A stretch of DNA of 64,000 nt from assembly GCA_964016885.1 (NCBI GenBank), contig OZ024742.1, forward strand, positions 52,886,001 to 52,950,000. The letters are read 5' to 3'. The stretch is from Eledone cirrhosa (lineage: Eukaryota). Positions within the stretch are counted from its first letter, which is position 1. Every line of letters begins with the position of its first letter. Under the pieces are notes generated by a model. It saw only the letters and a list, made by a program, of their open reading frames with translations. It was not told where the DNA came from and searched no databases. Both the position numbers and the translations under genes were made by a program. This document shows positions 8,605 to 17,780 of the stretch, piece by piece.

Positions 8605-11600
8605 TTACAGATATATACTCAGAGTCGGCCCATTCTCTCGGGCCATTCTTGCTTCTCTCACCCATCTTTCAACAAAATGCTGGGAAGAGAGCACTTCCCT
8701 CTCTAGTCTGATTTTCCTTTTCAAATGAAATTTGAAAAAGTCAATCAGAGCATCACCGAAGAGGTAAGTGCTCGTCTTCAGCCCTTTCAAACGTGTCCAC
8801 CATACTATCTCTTTCGCCATGGCCACCAGACAGATAAAAACTGCCTGCCCTTCCCGGCTAAAGGAGGAGGGCGGGGCAATCCTCACGATGGACTCAGATG
8901 ATAGCTGGATCCGTCCTAAACGCGACAGCAGGTGTTCGACATAAACCCACAAGTCAGCAATTTTCGGACACTGGACGAGTGCGTGCAGGACGGTTTCGTC
9001 GCCCTGCGCGCATCTCGGACATGCCCGGCTGACGGCACCTCCATGCCTGTAGAGTTTATCCCGAACTGGCAAGGCTCCTCGGTAGCACTGCCAGGCCAGA
9101 GATTTCTGGAAGTTGTCCATAGGCCCCGGCCCGAAAGTTCTTCCGAAGAGATTGGCTAGTTGATTTTCGTCGACGCCTAGAGTTTCCCCAAGTACGTCGT
9201 CGCTCTTCCCCTCCACTAATCCTCTATAGAACGCCGAGGTGGAGTTTCCACCGATCACATTGCCCGATTGGTCGAGGGCTGTGAGCGCCTGAAGACATTC
9301 CAGTCTCCAGGCGCTCCCTCTCGGTCTTCGCTTGACCCAGGACTGCAGCTCCGTCAAGGAAACGAGCTGGGGAAAAACGCGTCTAGCAAACGGCGACCAC
9401 ACCTGATCACCGTCGAGGAAGAGGTGGAGATGTCGTAGCCTGAGCGCGTGCCTGCGCATCATCAGCCACGGCATGCCCAGCCCTCCACGTAGCGGGTGTT
9501 GACAACAGATGGACCGCCTGACCATCGGAGCACGTCCCTTCCACAAAAAGCGAAAGAGCAAACGCTCCAGCGTAGTCAGGCGAGGCTTAGGACAAGGTAC
9601 GACGGTTAGGCGGTAGCAGATGACAGACGCGATGTACGCGTTAGCCACCTCCGCTCGACCTTTCAGGGATAGCTTCCTCTCCGCCCATTTCTGGGTGAGA
9701 GAAGCCACCCTGCTCGTCACCTCGTCCCAGTTTTTGTCCGTCTGGAGGTCCGGACCGAACCAGACCCCTAGCAATTTAACCGGTCCGTCCGTCCAGCGCC
9801 CGACGACGCTGTTGGACGGCATGGACCTGCCTCTCCAGGTGCCGAGCTGCAGGCCCACTGACTTTTCCTGGTTGATCATTGCTCCTGTCACCGCTTCGTA
9901 TTCTCTTAGTGTAGTGCCGATCGCCTCGATGTGTTTGGCGTTCGACACCACTACGGTGACATCGTCCGCATATGCTGACACGGATCTTCCGCATCCTAGT
10001 TCGCGCGGGACTCCCCTCAACGTCTCCAGTTTGTGCAGTAATGGCTCGAGAGTCAATACGTACAAGAGGGACGAGAGGGGACATCCTTGGCGGACCGAGC
10101 GCATGATGTTGAACGGTTCCGACAGGTGACCGTTCACTCTCACCACAGAGCAGATGTCGCTGTGCATGGCAGCGATCCAGCCTCTGAAGACGGGCCCAAA
10201 GCCAGCCGCCCTCAGGACTGCCGCTAGGTAACGATGGTCGACCCTATCGAAAGCTTTCGACTGATCTAAATTGATCAAGGACCCACCCGTGCCAGGTTCC
10301 CTAGCTACCCTCTCTACGATGTATCGCATGAGGTGGAGGTTGTCGTGGATGGATCTGTCGGGAATGGCGCATGTCTGCGCCTCTCCCACCAGACCACCAA
10401 CGACAAGCGCCAACCTCTTTGCTAGCACCTTGGCCAAAATCTTAAACTCTGTGTTTAGCAGAGTTATGGGCCGGAAATTGTCTATGTTATCCGCCTTGTT
10501 CGGATCCTTTCTCAGCAGTGCCACCGCTCCTCGGCTCACAGAACTGGGAATTCTCCCGTTCTGTTGCCAGTTGCAGTAGACGTCCGCCAAGAGGCCTCCG
10601 AACAAGTCTGGCATCTGTACGTAAAGTTCATAGGGCAGACCATCCAAACCAGGCGATTTACCCCTTGTGCAGCCAGTCATTGCCTCCCGTACTTCAGCGG
10701 CTGTTATCGGCTTTTCGCAACACTTCGCCTCAGTGGCCGAGAGCCGCGGCAGTCCGTCGAGGTAGACACTAAAGTCCATCCCTCTACCCGGCCCCCCGCT
10801 GCCCCCGAACAGCTGAGCGAAGTGTCGCTGAAAAGCTTCACACATTTGCCCGGGATCGAGTAGCATGCGCCCGTCGTGGTCCACCAAAGACCGGATCGTG
10901 GCTTTGTTGCCACGACGCGCCTCCGCCACTCGGGCCCATTGAACGGCTTTCGTCCCCTCGTGTCTGAGAGCACGCACCCTAGCTCTGACAACGCAGCCTT
11001 CGTGCTTTGCATTGAAGAATTGGTCAAGGGCCAATTTCGCCGCAAGCACGTCGGTCGCAATGCCTTTGCTAAGCGCCTCGTCTAATTTTCTAACTAGTTC
11101 TCCCTCTGCTCTATTTTTCTCTATTGCTAAAGCCTTACTAAACCTAATCGATTCTATTCTAATCGCTCTTTTCAGAGCAAACCACCACTTGTTGTTGACG
11201 ATGGCCCCCGTCAACGCCCGCTTAACTAGTTCGCTAATCCGGTCTCTGTAGGCCTTGCGCGCTGGTAAGGACGCGTTTAGCTTCCAGTAGCCGGGTCCTC
11301 GTCTATGAAGCCTATCTAAGTCAAGCACCCAGGTCACGAATTTGTGGTCCGTGTAGCTGACTATCTTGAATTGTGGACAGCCTATGCTAGACCTATCTAT
11401 TTCCCTACAAAATACTCTATCTAGATATGATCTGGATGACCCTATGCGGTTTGTCCAAGTCCACATTGGCACATTCGGGAAATCCAATCGGTACCTGTCA
11501 GACAGTTCAAAACGCCTGAGCAGGTTGGTGAGGCTCTTGCACCCTCCAGCCCTATCCGCTAATCCCACACAGTCCCAGCGTGCATCTAAGATCCCGTTCC

Positions 11601-12024
11601 AGTCGCCCACTAACACTAAAGAGCGGGACGTTCCAAGAAAGGTCTCCAGACGCCGGAAGAAATCAGGCCGCCCTGCTCCTGTCGGGGCATAGACGGCCAC
11701 TAGCCTGAAAGCTTGCCCGTCTCCGCTGGTCACGTCCAGCACCACCAGCTTACCCTCTGGGTCCAGGAAGATGGCCCGTATGGCGAGATCCAAACCTCTC
11801 CGAAAAAGCACAGCAACTCCTCCACCCGATCCAGGACGGCTGGGAGATGCGTACACATCGTAGCCGCCGAAGATCGGTGCGAAGGCCCGTGCTTCGGAGA
11901 TTCTGGTCTCGCTGATGGCCACTACATCTATGTTTAGTGACCTGAGGTCGTTGAGCAGGTGACCCTGCTTCCATGACGACCCCAAGCCACGCGCATTTAT
12001 GCTGCCTATTCTGAGTGAGGTCAT
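8605..12024 (-). CDS. E2 ORF2: APE endonuclease + reverse transcriptase + zf-RVT, intact 1139 aa
   Basis: SINARGL, SETR, VGDWN, YLDRVF, TDHK; LDQSKAFDRV, RQGCPLS, AYADD; CPRC..H...C; colinear with E1 ORF2. Confidence 0.97.
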   Translation of the reverse strand: MTSLRIGSINARGLGSSWKQGHLLNDLRSLNIDVVAISETRISEARAFAPIFGGYDVYASPSRPGSGGGVAVLFRRGLDLAIRAIFLDPEGKLVVLDVTSGDGQAFRLVAVYAPTGAGRPDFFRRLETFLGTSRSLVLVGDWNGILDARWDCVGLADRAGGCKSLTNLLRRFELSDRYRLDFPNVPMWTWTNRIGSSRSYLDRVFCREIDRSSIGCPQFKIVSYTDHKFVTWVLDLDRLHRRGPGYWKLNASLPARKAYRDRISELVKRALTGAIVNNKWWFALKRAIRIESIRFSKALAIEKNRAEGELVRKLDEALSKGIATDVLAAKLALDQFFNAKHEGCVVRARVRALRHEGTKAVQWARVAEARRGNKATIRSLVDHDGRMLLDPGQMCEAFQRHFAQLFGGSGGPGRGMDFSVYLDGLPRLSATEAKCCEKPITAAEVREAMTGCTRGKSPGLDGLPYELYVQMPDLFGGLLADVYCNWQQNGRIPSSVSRGAVALLRKDPNKADNIDNFRPITLLNTEFKILAKVLAKRLALVVGGLVGEAQTCAIPDRSIHDNLHLMRYIVERVAREPGTGGSLINLDQSKAFDRVDHRYLAAVLRAAGFGPVFRGWIAAMHSDICSVVRVNGHLSEPFNIMRSVRQGCPLSSLLYVLTLEPLLHKLETLRGVPRELGCGRSVSAYADDVTVVVSNAKHIEAIGTTLREYEAVTGAMINQEKSVGLQLGTWRGRSMPSNSVVGRWTDGPVKLLGVWFGPDLQTDKNWDEVTSRVASLTQKWAERKLSLKGRAEVANAYIASVICYRLTVVPCPKPRLTTLERLLFRFLWKGRAPMVRRSICCQHPLRGGLGMPWLMMRRHALRLRHLHLFLDGDQVWSPFARRVFPQLVSLTELQSWVKRRPRGSAWRLECLQALTALDQSGNVIGGNSTSAFYRGLVEGKSDDVLGETLGVDENQLANLFGRTFGPGPMDNFQKSLAWQCYRGALPVRDKLYRHGGAVSRACPRCAQGDETVLHALVQCPKIADLWVYVEHLLSRLGRIQLSSESIVRIAPPSSFSREGQAVFICLVAMAKEIVWWTRLKGLKTSTYLFGDALIDFFKFHLKRKIRLEREVLSSQHFVERWVREARMARENGPTLSIYL

Positions 12025-12059
12025 GTTTAAAATAGAGTGGAAAAGATGGGAAAGACCAC

Positions 12060-14156
12060 TTACCGTACTTTTGGTAGAGGAGGGATGGTTTTTACATCCC
12101 TTTTCACTTGATCGTCTGGTGAAGGGACCGTTGAATCGTCCCTTCGGCTGGTCGTCGGCTCTTCTAAGAGAATGTCTGAGTATACTCTTCGATTGATGGT
12201 TCCTCCTAGGTCCCTGAAATCACCAACTGCGTTGGGGAATTTCGTTTTAATGTTTGTGTATTGTTTCTGTGCTATTTTTAGCAGTCTTATGTTAGTTGGC
12301 GTTTTGATTGGTGCTGGTATTATGTAGTCCTGTTGTGAAATGTCTGTGTGTTCAATTATGTAAGTCATTAGTTTCTTGTTGTGTGTGTTTATTGCCGTGC
12401 ATTTGTTTTTCTGGGGGTGGGGTGTGGTTCTGCTATTTTCTTGTCGTTGTTGCTGGGTGTGTGTGTTTTGTTGTTGTGTTTGCGATGTTGGTGCTTGTGG
12501 TGGTGGTGTTGAAGGTGTTGTTGGCGGTGGGGTTGTCGCCGGTGGTGATGGTGGTGCTGGTGTGGGTGGTGATGGTGTTGGTGGTGTTGCTGCTGTGGGT
12601 CTCTTTGCAGTAGACTTTACCCTTTTCTCATTTCTTTCCTCCCTTTTCAAAGGCGACGATGCGCTGCTTCTGCGTTTGTGCCTTCTTGCGACCTTTTGCC
12701 ATCCCTCTCCCACCTCACACTCCATGTCTGATTCTGTAAGGTCGGGGAGGGGTACCAGCTCCACTCTTTCACTTGTTGTTGTTGGTGATGTTTGCACTGG
12801 AGTCTCTGTTGCAGCTGCATTTGGTATTGCTGTTGTTGTTGTTAATATTTCCACTGCTGCTGCTGTTTTTGATTTCCGTGGCGTGGGTATGGGTGCCACG
12901 GACCTATCGTTCCTGGTTGCCGCTTGTCCTGTTGCTGGTAGCCGTGGAGCCGGATTCGGAAGGAGGGGGGTTTTCTCCTTTCTCAGGGTCTTCTCGTTGC
13001 AGAAGGCCCTGAGGTGAGTCTTCGATCCACAGCGAAAGCATTTCGGGCGTTTGCCCTCAACACTTATGGGCAGTTGAGTGCCGTTATCGAAGTCTATCAC
13101 ATCCGGGATAGCTTCGATGCACTCCTGGTTGGTTTGGATTAGCATCTCAATGGAGGAGCCGACCCAATCTTCTCTTACTTTTTTCTGTACTTGCAGTACA
13201 GTTGTTTTGTCCTCGATTCCGATTAGGACAGACGCGGCCAGCCAAGAAGGGGTCATTCCGGGGGGGACGTGGGTCAGTTTGACCCTCACAATTTTTTGCC
13301 CGCAGTAGGAGGGCACCAACACCATTTCCTCGCTCCTTAGGGTCACTACTGATTGGGCCTTTGCCTCCTGGGGTGTGGCAAAAAGTACGTCTACGGTGGC
13401 ATATTTTTTGCCTCGGGTGATGTGCGTTTTCCGCTGCCACACAGACCCCAAGGCTTTTTGTATTTGGGCCTCTGTGGCTCTTTCCACCCTACGGGATTTT
13501 GTACTTACTGTACGGTACGTGACCGTACAGTGCTCTTGGGTTTTGAAAAATTTTTCCGCTGCCTTGCAGATTGCTCGGTGTCCGTTCTTTGTCACCATTT
13601 TCTTCGCTTCCTCTAATTCCTCATTTGTTATGAGGATTGTTTCCAAGTTTTTCGCAATACCTGCAAATGAGATTGGTTTTTCTCTGCTGTTGTTGTTGTC
13701 GTCAGAGCTGCTGGTACTTTTGTTGTTGCTGCAGGTACTACGACTACTGCCTCCGCCGCTGTTGCTGTGGTTGTTGTTGGTGTTGCTGCTGCTAATGCTG
13801 TTGTTGTTTATGCTGCTGGTGATGCTGTTGCGGCTGCTACTGTTGTTTTCATTGTCACTGTTGCTGTTGTTATTACGGCTGCTACTGCTATTATTCCTGA
13901 CGTCAGACGAATGAACTGGGTTTTCGTATTTCCCGCACACCTGTTTCGTCGCTGTCGTCGTCGTCGTGGAGAAACCTTGCACGCTTTGCACGAGACTTTT
14001 CTTTTCTTTCGTCGCTTGCGAAAGAGAAGGGAGGGAGAGAGACACATTTAAAGAAGGGAGGGAGAGAGACAATCTTCTCTCTGCTGTAGTGATGATTGAG
14101 GAAGAAGAAGACGGAATGAGTGGGAGTGACGTATGAAATTTCTTTTTCGTAGCCAT
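12060..14156 (-). CDS. E2 ORF1 nucleic-acid-binding protein, 698 aa
   Basis: Asn/Ser-rich N-terminus, SFAGIAK motif, RRM-like core, CFRCGSKTHLRAFC knuckle, GWQKV..R motif, Pro/Thr linker. Confidence 0.9.
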   Translation of the reverse strand: MATKKKFHTSLPLIPSSSSSIITTAERRLSLSLPSLNVSLSLPSLSQATKEKKSLVQSVQGFSTTTTTATKQVCGKYENPVHSSDVRNNSSSSRNNNSNSDNENNSSSRNSITSSINNNSISSSNTNNNHSNSGGGSSRSTCSNNKSTSSSDDNNNSREKPISFAGIAKNLETILITNEELEEAKKMVTKNGHRAICKAAEKFFKTQEHCTVTYRTVSTKSRRVERATEAQIQKALGSVWQRKTHITRGKKYATVDVLFATPQEAKAQSVVTLRSEEMVLVPSYCGQKIVRVKLTHVPPGMTPSWLAASVLIGIEDKTTVLQVQKKVREDWVGSSIEMLIQTNQECIEAIPDVIDFDNGTQLPISVEGKRPKCFRCGSKTHLRAFCNEKTLRKEKTPLLPNPAPRLPATGQAATRNDRSVAPIPTPRKSKTAAAVEILTTTTAIPNAAATETPVQTSPTTTSERVELVPLPDLTESDMECEVGEGWQKVARRHKRRSSASSPLKREERNEKRVKSTAKRPTAATPPTPSPPTPAPPSPPATTPPPTTPSTPPPQAPTSQTQQQNTHTQQQRQENSRTTPHPQKNKCTAINTHNKKLMTYIIEHTDISQQDYIIPAPIKTPTNIRLLKIAQKQYTNIKTKFPNAVGDFRDLGGTINRRVYSDILLEEPTTSRRDDSTVPSPDDQVKRDVKTIPPLPKVR

Positions 14157-14370
14157 GTTGTTTTTTGTTTAAAATGAATATTGGGTACAAAACCCCAATA
14201 ACTGGTTATTTAACCCCGAAGGGCCAAATAACGGACAGAAAGACCCCTCTCACGAGGAGGAGGGTGTCTTTATCAACAATTTGGTTCAAGTTTTAAACAA
14301 TTTACAATTGTTTTAACGGTTAAAAATTACTATACCTTACAGAGCCGAGCCTCCGTCAACCATGGCATTC

Positions 14371-14882
14371 AATAATAATAATAATAATGACAACTATAAT
14401 GCTTTCTTTATTAACCACAAGGGTTTACATAAAGTAGACATTAAGGACAGTACAGGACAATACAGGACGGTACAAATGGGCATTTCTGCGTGTAAAAAAA
14501 ACAAAAACAGGATGTAACAAAAAATAACAATGAAATATTCCACAATAGGGGGGGGGGGGGACTTCTGAGGGACATTTGTGGAGAAAGCCCATTAAAAGGC
14601 CACAGTGACCCTGACCACAAGGGCAAGTGTCCTCTCCCAATTTTCCACCTTTAATTTACAGACATATACTCAGAGTAGGCCCATTCACTCGGGCCATTCT
14701 TGCTTCTCTCACCCATCTTTCAACAAAATGCTGGGAAGAGAGCAGTTCCCTCTCTACCCTGATTTTCCTTTTCAAATGAAACTTGAAAAAGTTAATCAGG
14801 GCATCACCGAAGGGGTAAGTGCTCGTCTTCAGCCCTTTCAAATGTGTCCACCATACTATCTCTTTCGCCATGGCCACCAGAG
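14371..14882 (-). mobile_element. 5'-truncated Tx1 3' fragment (E3), close sibling of E2
   Basis: Near-identical to the E2 3' end (8355-8830): LVAMAKEIVWWT..LKGLKTSTY..ERWVREARMAR, the 3'UTR and an (ATT)n tail abutting the E2 5' end. Confidence 0.9.
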
Positions 14883-15450
14883 ATGGGGAGAGATTACTGG
14901 CTGGAGCTGGAGCGTCCCTGATGTCGGCAGGAGGGTCCGGATGTTTGAGGTAGAATACTGACAAAATATCCGGTGTTGGTCGGAGCACAGTGTCGCTTGA
15001 GGCCAGCACATAAACAGCCGCCGAAACTTCGCCCTCAATTAGTTTGAGGTTGACTCTCTCCCGGAGACGTTTCGTGCTGTCGTGGGTGAAACGGGGGCGT
15101 TGTGTTGGCACTAGTGAGAAGCACGAGAGTACCGATAGGTTCACGAGCAATGGGTCGCATAAAGAAGCGACATTGCCCTTGAGGCGCGAAGCCAGGCAGG
15201 GTCCAGAACAGTGAGTCACAAAGACCAAGGAAAGAGGAGGTCGAAAATTGAAAAAGAATCCTGAGGTCCTGGGATGCACCGAAACGAAGAAGTGCCGAGG
15301 TGGATGCCGTGTGTGCGCGTGCATGCATTCAAAACGGCAAATTCGACAAAAGTGCAAAGTTGGAGCCGAAAGATGCTAACGCGCCGAAGAGAGGAAGCCG
15401 AAACTGGAGAGTTTTGAGAAGTGTCACAGACTGTGGAGGAAAAAATATGT
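14883..15450 (-). mobile_element. CRE-like (RLE) non-LTR element, 5'/pre-RT fragment
   Basis: RVNLKLIEGEVSAAVYVLASSDTVLRPTPDILSVFYLKHP resembles the KL.EG...AV..L.S.D.....L..KHP segment upstream of the RT in CRE-clade elements. Confidence 0.55.
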
Positions 15451-15720
15451 ATATGATGCGTTCACGTGACACGTGTCACGTACGATCAGGAACAAAATGT
15501 CGAATCGAAAGTTCGTTCACTCAACCCCGACACATATTTCCCCCTGGAACCTACCTCCGTTTAGTACAGGATTGGTGCCAAACTGTCAGGATGAAGATTT
15601 GGTCGCCACCCCCAGCAGGTCAAGCAACCACATAAAGGCCCTCACTCCCTCGCTTGAAACGAACACAATTGTTATAGGGATTAAGCATAAGATCCGTATA
15701 CTGATGATTTCTTATTAGTA

Positions 15721-15955
15721 ATTCATAAAAAGTAGATCTAAACAATGCTAAATAAGACATCATCGATCTATTCCTCCATGGCTTTGAGGTTAGAGTACTG
15801 GTCTCGTAAGCTAGGAGTCGTGGGTTCAATCCTCACTGGGGACTTCGTTAATTTTTTATTTTATTTTAAATCATGAATATCAGGAATTCATAAAAAGTAG
15901 ATCTAAACAATACTAAATAAGACATCGTCGATGTAAGCCTCCATAGCTGAAAGGT
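15721..15955 (+). repeat. Direct repeat (165-bp period) carrying tRNA-like sequence
   Basis: attcataaaaagtagatctaaacaat.ctaaataagacatc.tcgat at 15721 and 15886, each followed by (g/t)cctccat(g/a)gct. Confidence 0.75.
15772..15844 (+). tRNA. tRNA-Thr(CGT)-like sequence, probably a pseudogene
   Basis: cctccatggctttgaggttagagtactggtctCGTaagctaggagtcgtgggttcaatcctcactggggac matches metazoan tRNA-Thr architecture; acceptor and D stems imperfect; T-run about 8 nt downstream. Confidence 0.6.
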
Positions 15956-16730
15956 ACTGAATGAGTTTGTGCATTACGTCCTATAATGTGCTCATGACAG
16001 GTGCAATGTGTCTGAACACGGAAGAGCCGAACTCCCTCCGTAATCGCCCCAATCTCTCTCGCCCTCCCCATCTCTGTGTAGTGAGCAAATGGGGCCCCAC
16101 GTACTGGCTGCCCCACAGCCCCGTCGGACAGAATGGAGAAGGCGTTTCCACTGCCAAGGTCACGACCGTAAACCTGTCAGAAAGTGACCGGTACTTGGAA
16201 AGTTTGGCCTCCTCAGCTCGAAGTGCAGCAGAACCTGGGTTAGTCGCAGACTACACCAGGTTGCGGCTGAAGAAAGTGTCACTTCAAGTGGTATCCCAGA
16301 CGAGAGGTCTGCCGCCGCTGAACGGGAAGATGGTCATACCGTCTGGCCTTTTGCCATCCCCTCGGTCCAGCCCCACCGGCTGGAGCTGGGAGGGGAAGCC
16401 TGCAGCATCCAAGCCATGCTTTATGACCTCGTTGAGGGCTGCATAACGTGGAAGGCGGTCGGCACTGTAGCGACAGGAAAGCGGATGGAGGCTGAAAGAG
16501 TCCACGGTAATCCGCAGCGACATTGGTGTGGCTTGTGAGGAGAGATGCGTGGCTGTAACACGGAGCGCTGCGAAAGGTATAGAGGAGCTTTGGCATGGCG
16601 AAACAGTTCCTCAACAGGAAGAGGGCTGGGTGGTCGTCAGTCATGCCCAATTGGCTCATGAGGGTCTTGAGTTGCTGGATCCTGAACCTGATGGTGGAGT
16701 GGATGGCCGGCGGGTGGATCAGTGACCCGA
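15956..16730 (-). mobile_element. CRE-like element, degraded RT-thumb and restriction-like endonuclease (RLE) 3' part
   Basis: LFLLRNCFAMPKLLYTFRSAPCY; LQPVGLDRGDGKRPDGMTIFPFSGGRPLVWDTT; LAVET..GLWG, spread over several frames. Confidence 0.75.
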
Positions 16731-16749
16731 GGTAGTATTATCATGTGGT

Positions 16750-17200
16750 GATTGCTGGTATGATGATGGTGTATACACATATATGTTGTTGCTGGTGTTA
16801 TTGTTATTGTCACTGTTGCTCTCGTTGCCTTCCTCTTGTTAATGCTAATGATAATTGTTACTGCTACCTATTCCGGGTGTCAAGCTGGTTGCTGAATCAA
16901 CTTCTGTGAGTGAAGCTCCAATGCCTTCTTTGACCGAAGATGCGGGGTCATTGGCTTTCGTCATTTTAAAATTTGTTGAAATTCTAATAAATGTTGGGGG
17001 GGGGGGTAGATGATAAGACCCGTTACAAGATGGTTTGATTGAGGAAAATTCTCCAATGGGCAGCTCGTTCTCTTGTGTAAGTGTTGCTATTAAACGTTTG
17101 TTTTTTAAAGAATGCTCACAAAAAAGTATCAAAATCTTGGAGAAACTCACCAGCGAAGAAAACATTAGTCTACCATGTGTGAATTTATATATTCTTTTCG
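16750..17200 (-). pseudogene. Possible 5' relic of another Tx1-type ORF1
   Basis: MTKANDPASSVKEG..GSSNN followed by decayed Asn/Ser-rich codons like the E1/E2 ORF1 N-termini; compositional evidence only. Confidence 0.3.
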
Positions 17201-17569
17201 TGGTGTATTCGATAGTAATTTGGCATAGTTTCTATCTTTGGTTATTTCTTTTCAATTCCACATATTTTTCGATTTAATTAGGCATTTGTCTGTAATGTTT
17301 TGTTTTGATTTTATGTAGATTACGGTGAGCTTTTGGTTGTACTTGCAAACACTTGGATATAAATAATGTAGTTACATATAATGTTTTCCGGATCAGGTGT
17401 TTACACATTCGATTTCACTTTAGGCACCAAAGTCTGAATTTATCCAATTAAGGTTAGCACGAGCTAACCATGGTTTGACTAGAACTAAACAGAGTTTTAC
17501 TTGAGCCAATCAAGGCTTGCCACCAATTAAAAATAATTTTAGAAAAATTTAGTTGGTTTTAATTCGATC

Positions 17570-17780
17570 TAATCAGTGATTAAATAGAACTCAGCAAAAT
17601 TTGTTGGGGTTAACATGGCTTTAACTCCAACTAATCAGTGATTAATTAGAACTCAGCAGTGAACTGGGGCTAACCTGGGCTTCCAGCTATTCAGTGATTA
17701 GGTAGAGCTCGGCTGGGTTTGGCTAGTGCTGGCATAAGCTTATCTCCAGTTAATTACCTCGAACTCATCAAAATTTGATT
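17570..17780. repeat. Degenerate tandem repeat, period about 60 bp
   Basis: (a)atcagtgatta..tagaactcagc recurs at about 17571, 17633 and 17690. Confidence 0.5.

Larger units (their letters stand above)
8338..14370 (-). mobile_element. Full-length Tx1/L1-clade non-LTR retrotransposon (E2), both ORFs open
   Basis: About 215-bp 5'UTR, ORF1, ORF2, 3' end CCCTTGTGGTTAATAAAGAAATC(ATT)n abutting the E1 5' end. Confidence 0.94.

Noticed and set aside
2962-14051. Many plus-strand ORFs over E1/E2 (e.g. 3783-4136, 9620-10129, 12376-13017)
   Set aside because: Antisense shadows of GC-rich or low-complexity coding sequence; their similarity between copies follows from ORF2 conservation.
8338-14882. E3 and the E2 3' end as LTRs of an LTR retrotransposon
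   Set aside because: The repeat includes ORF2 coding sequence and the tail; no TG..CA ends, PBS, protease or integrase; the enzyme is APE-RT.
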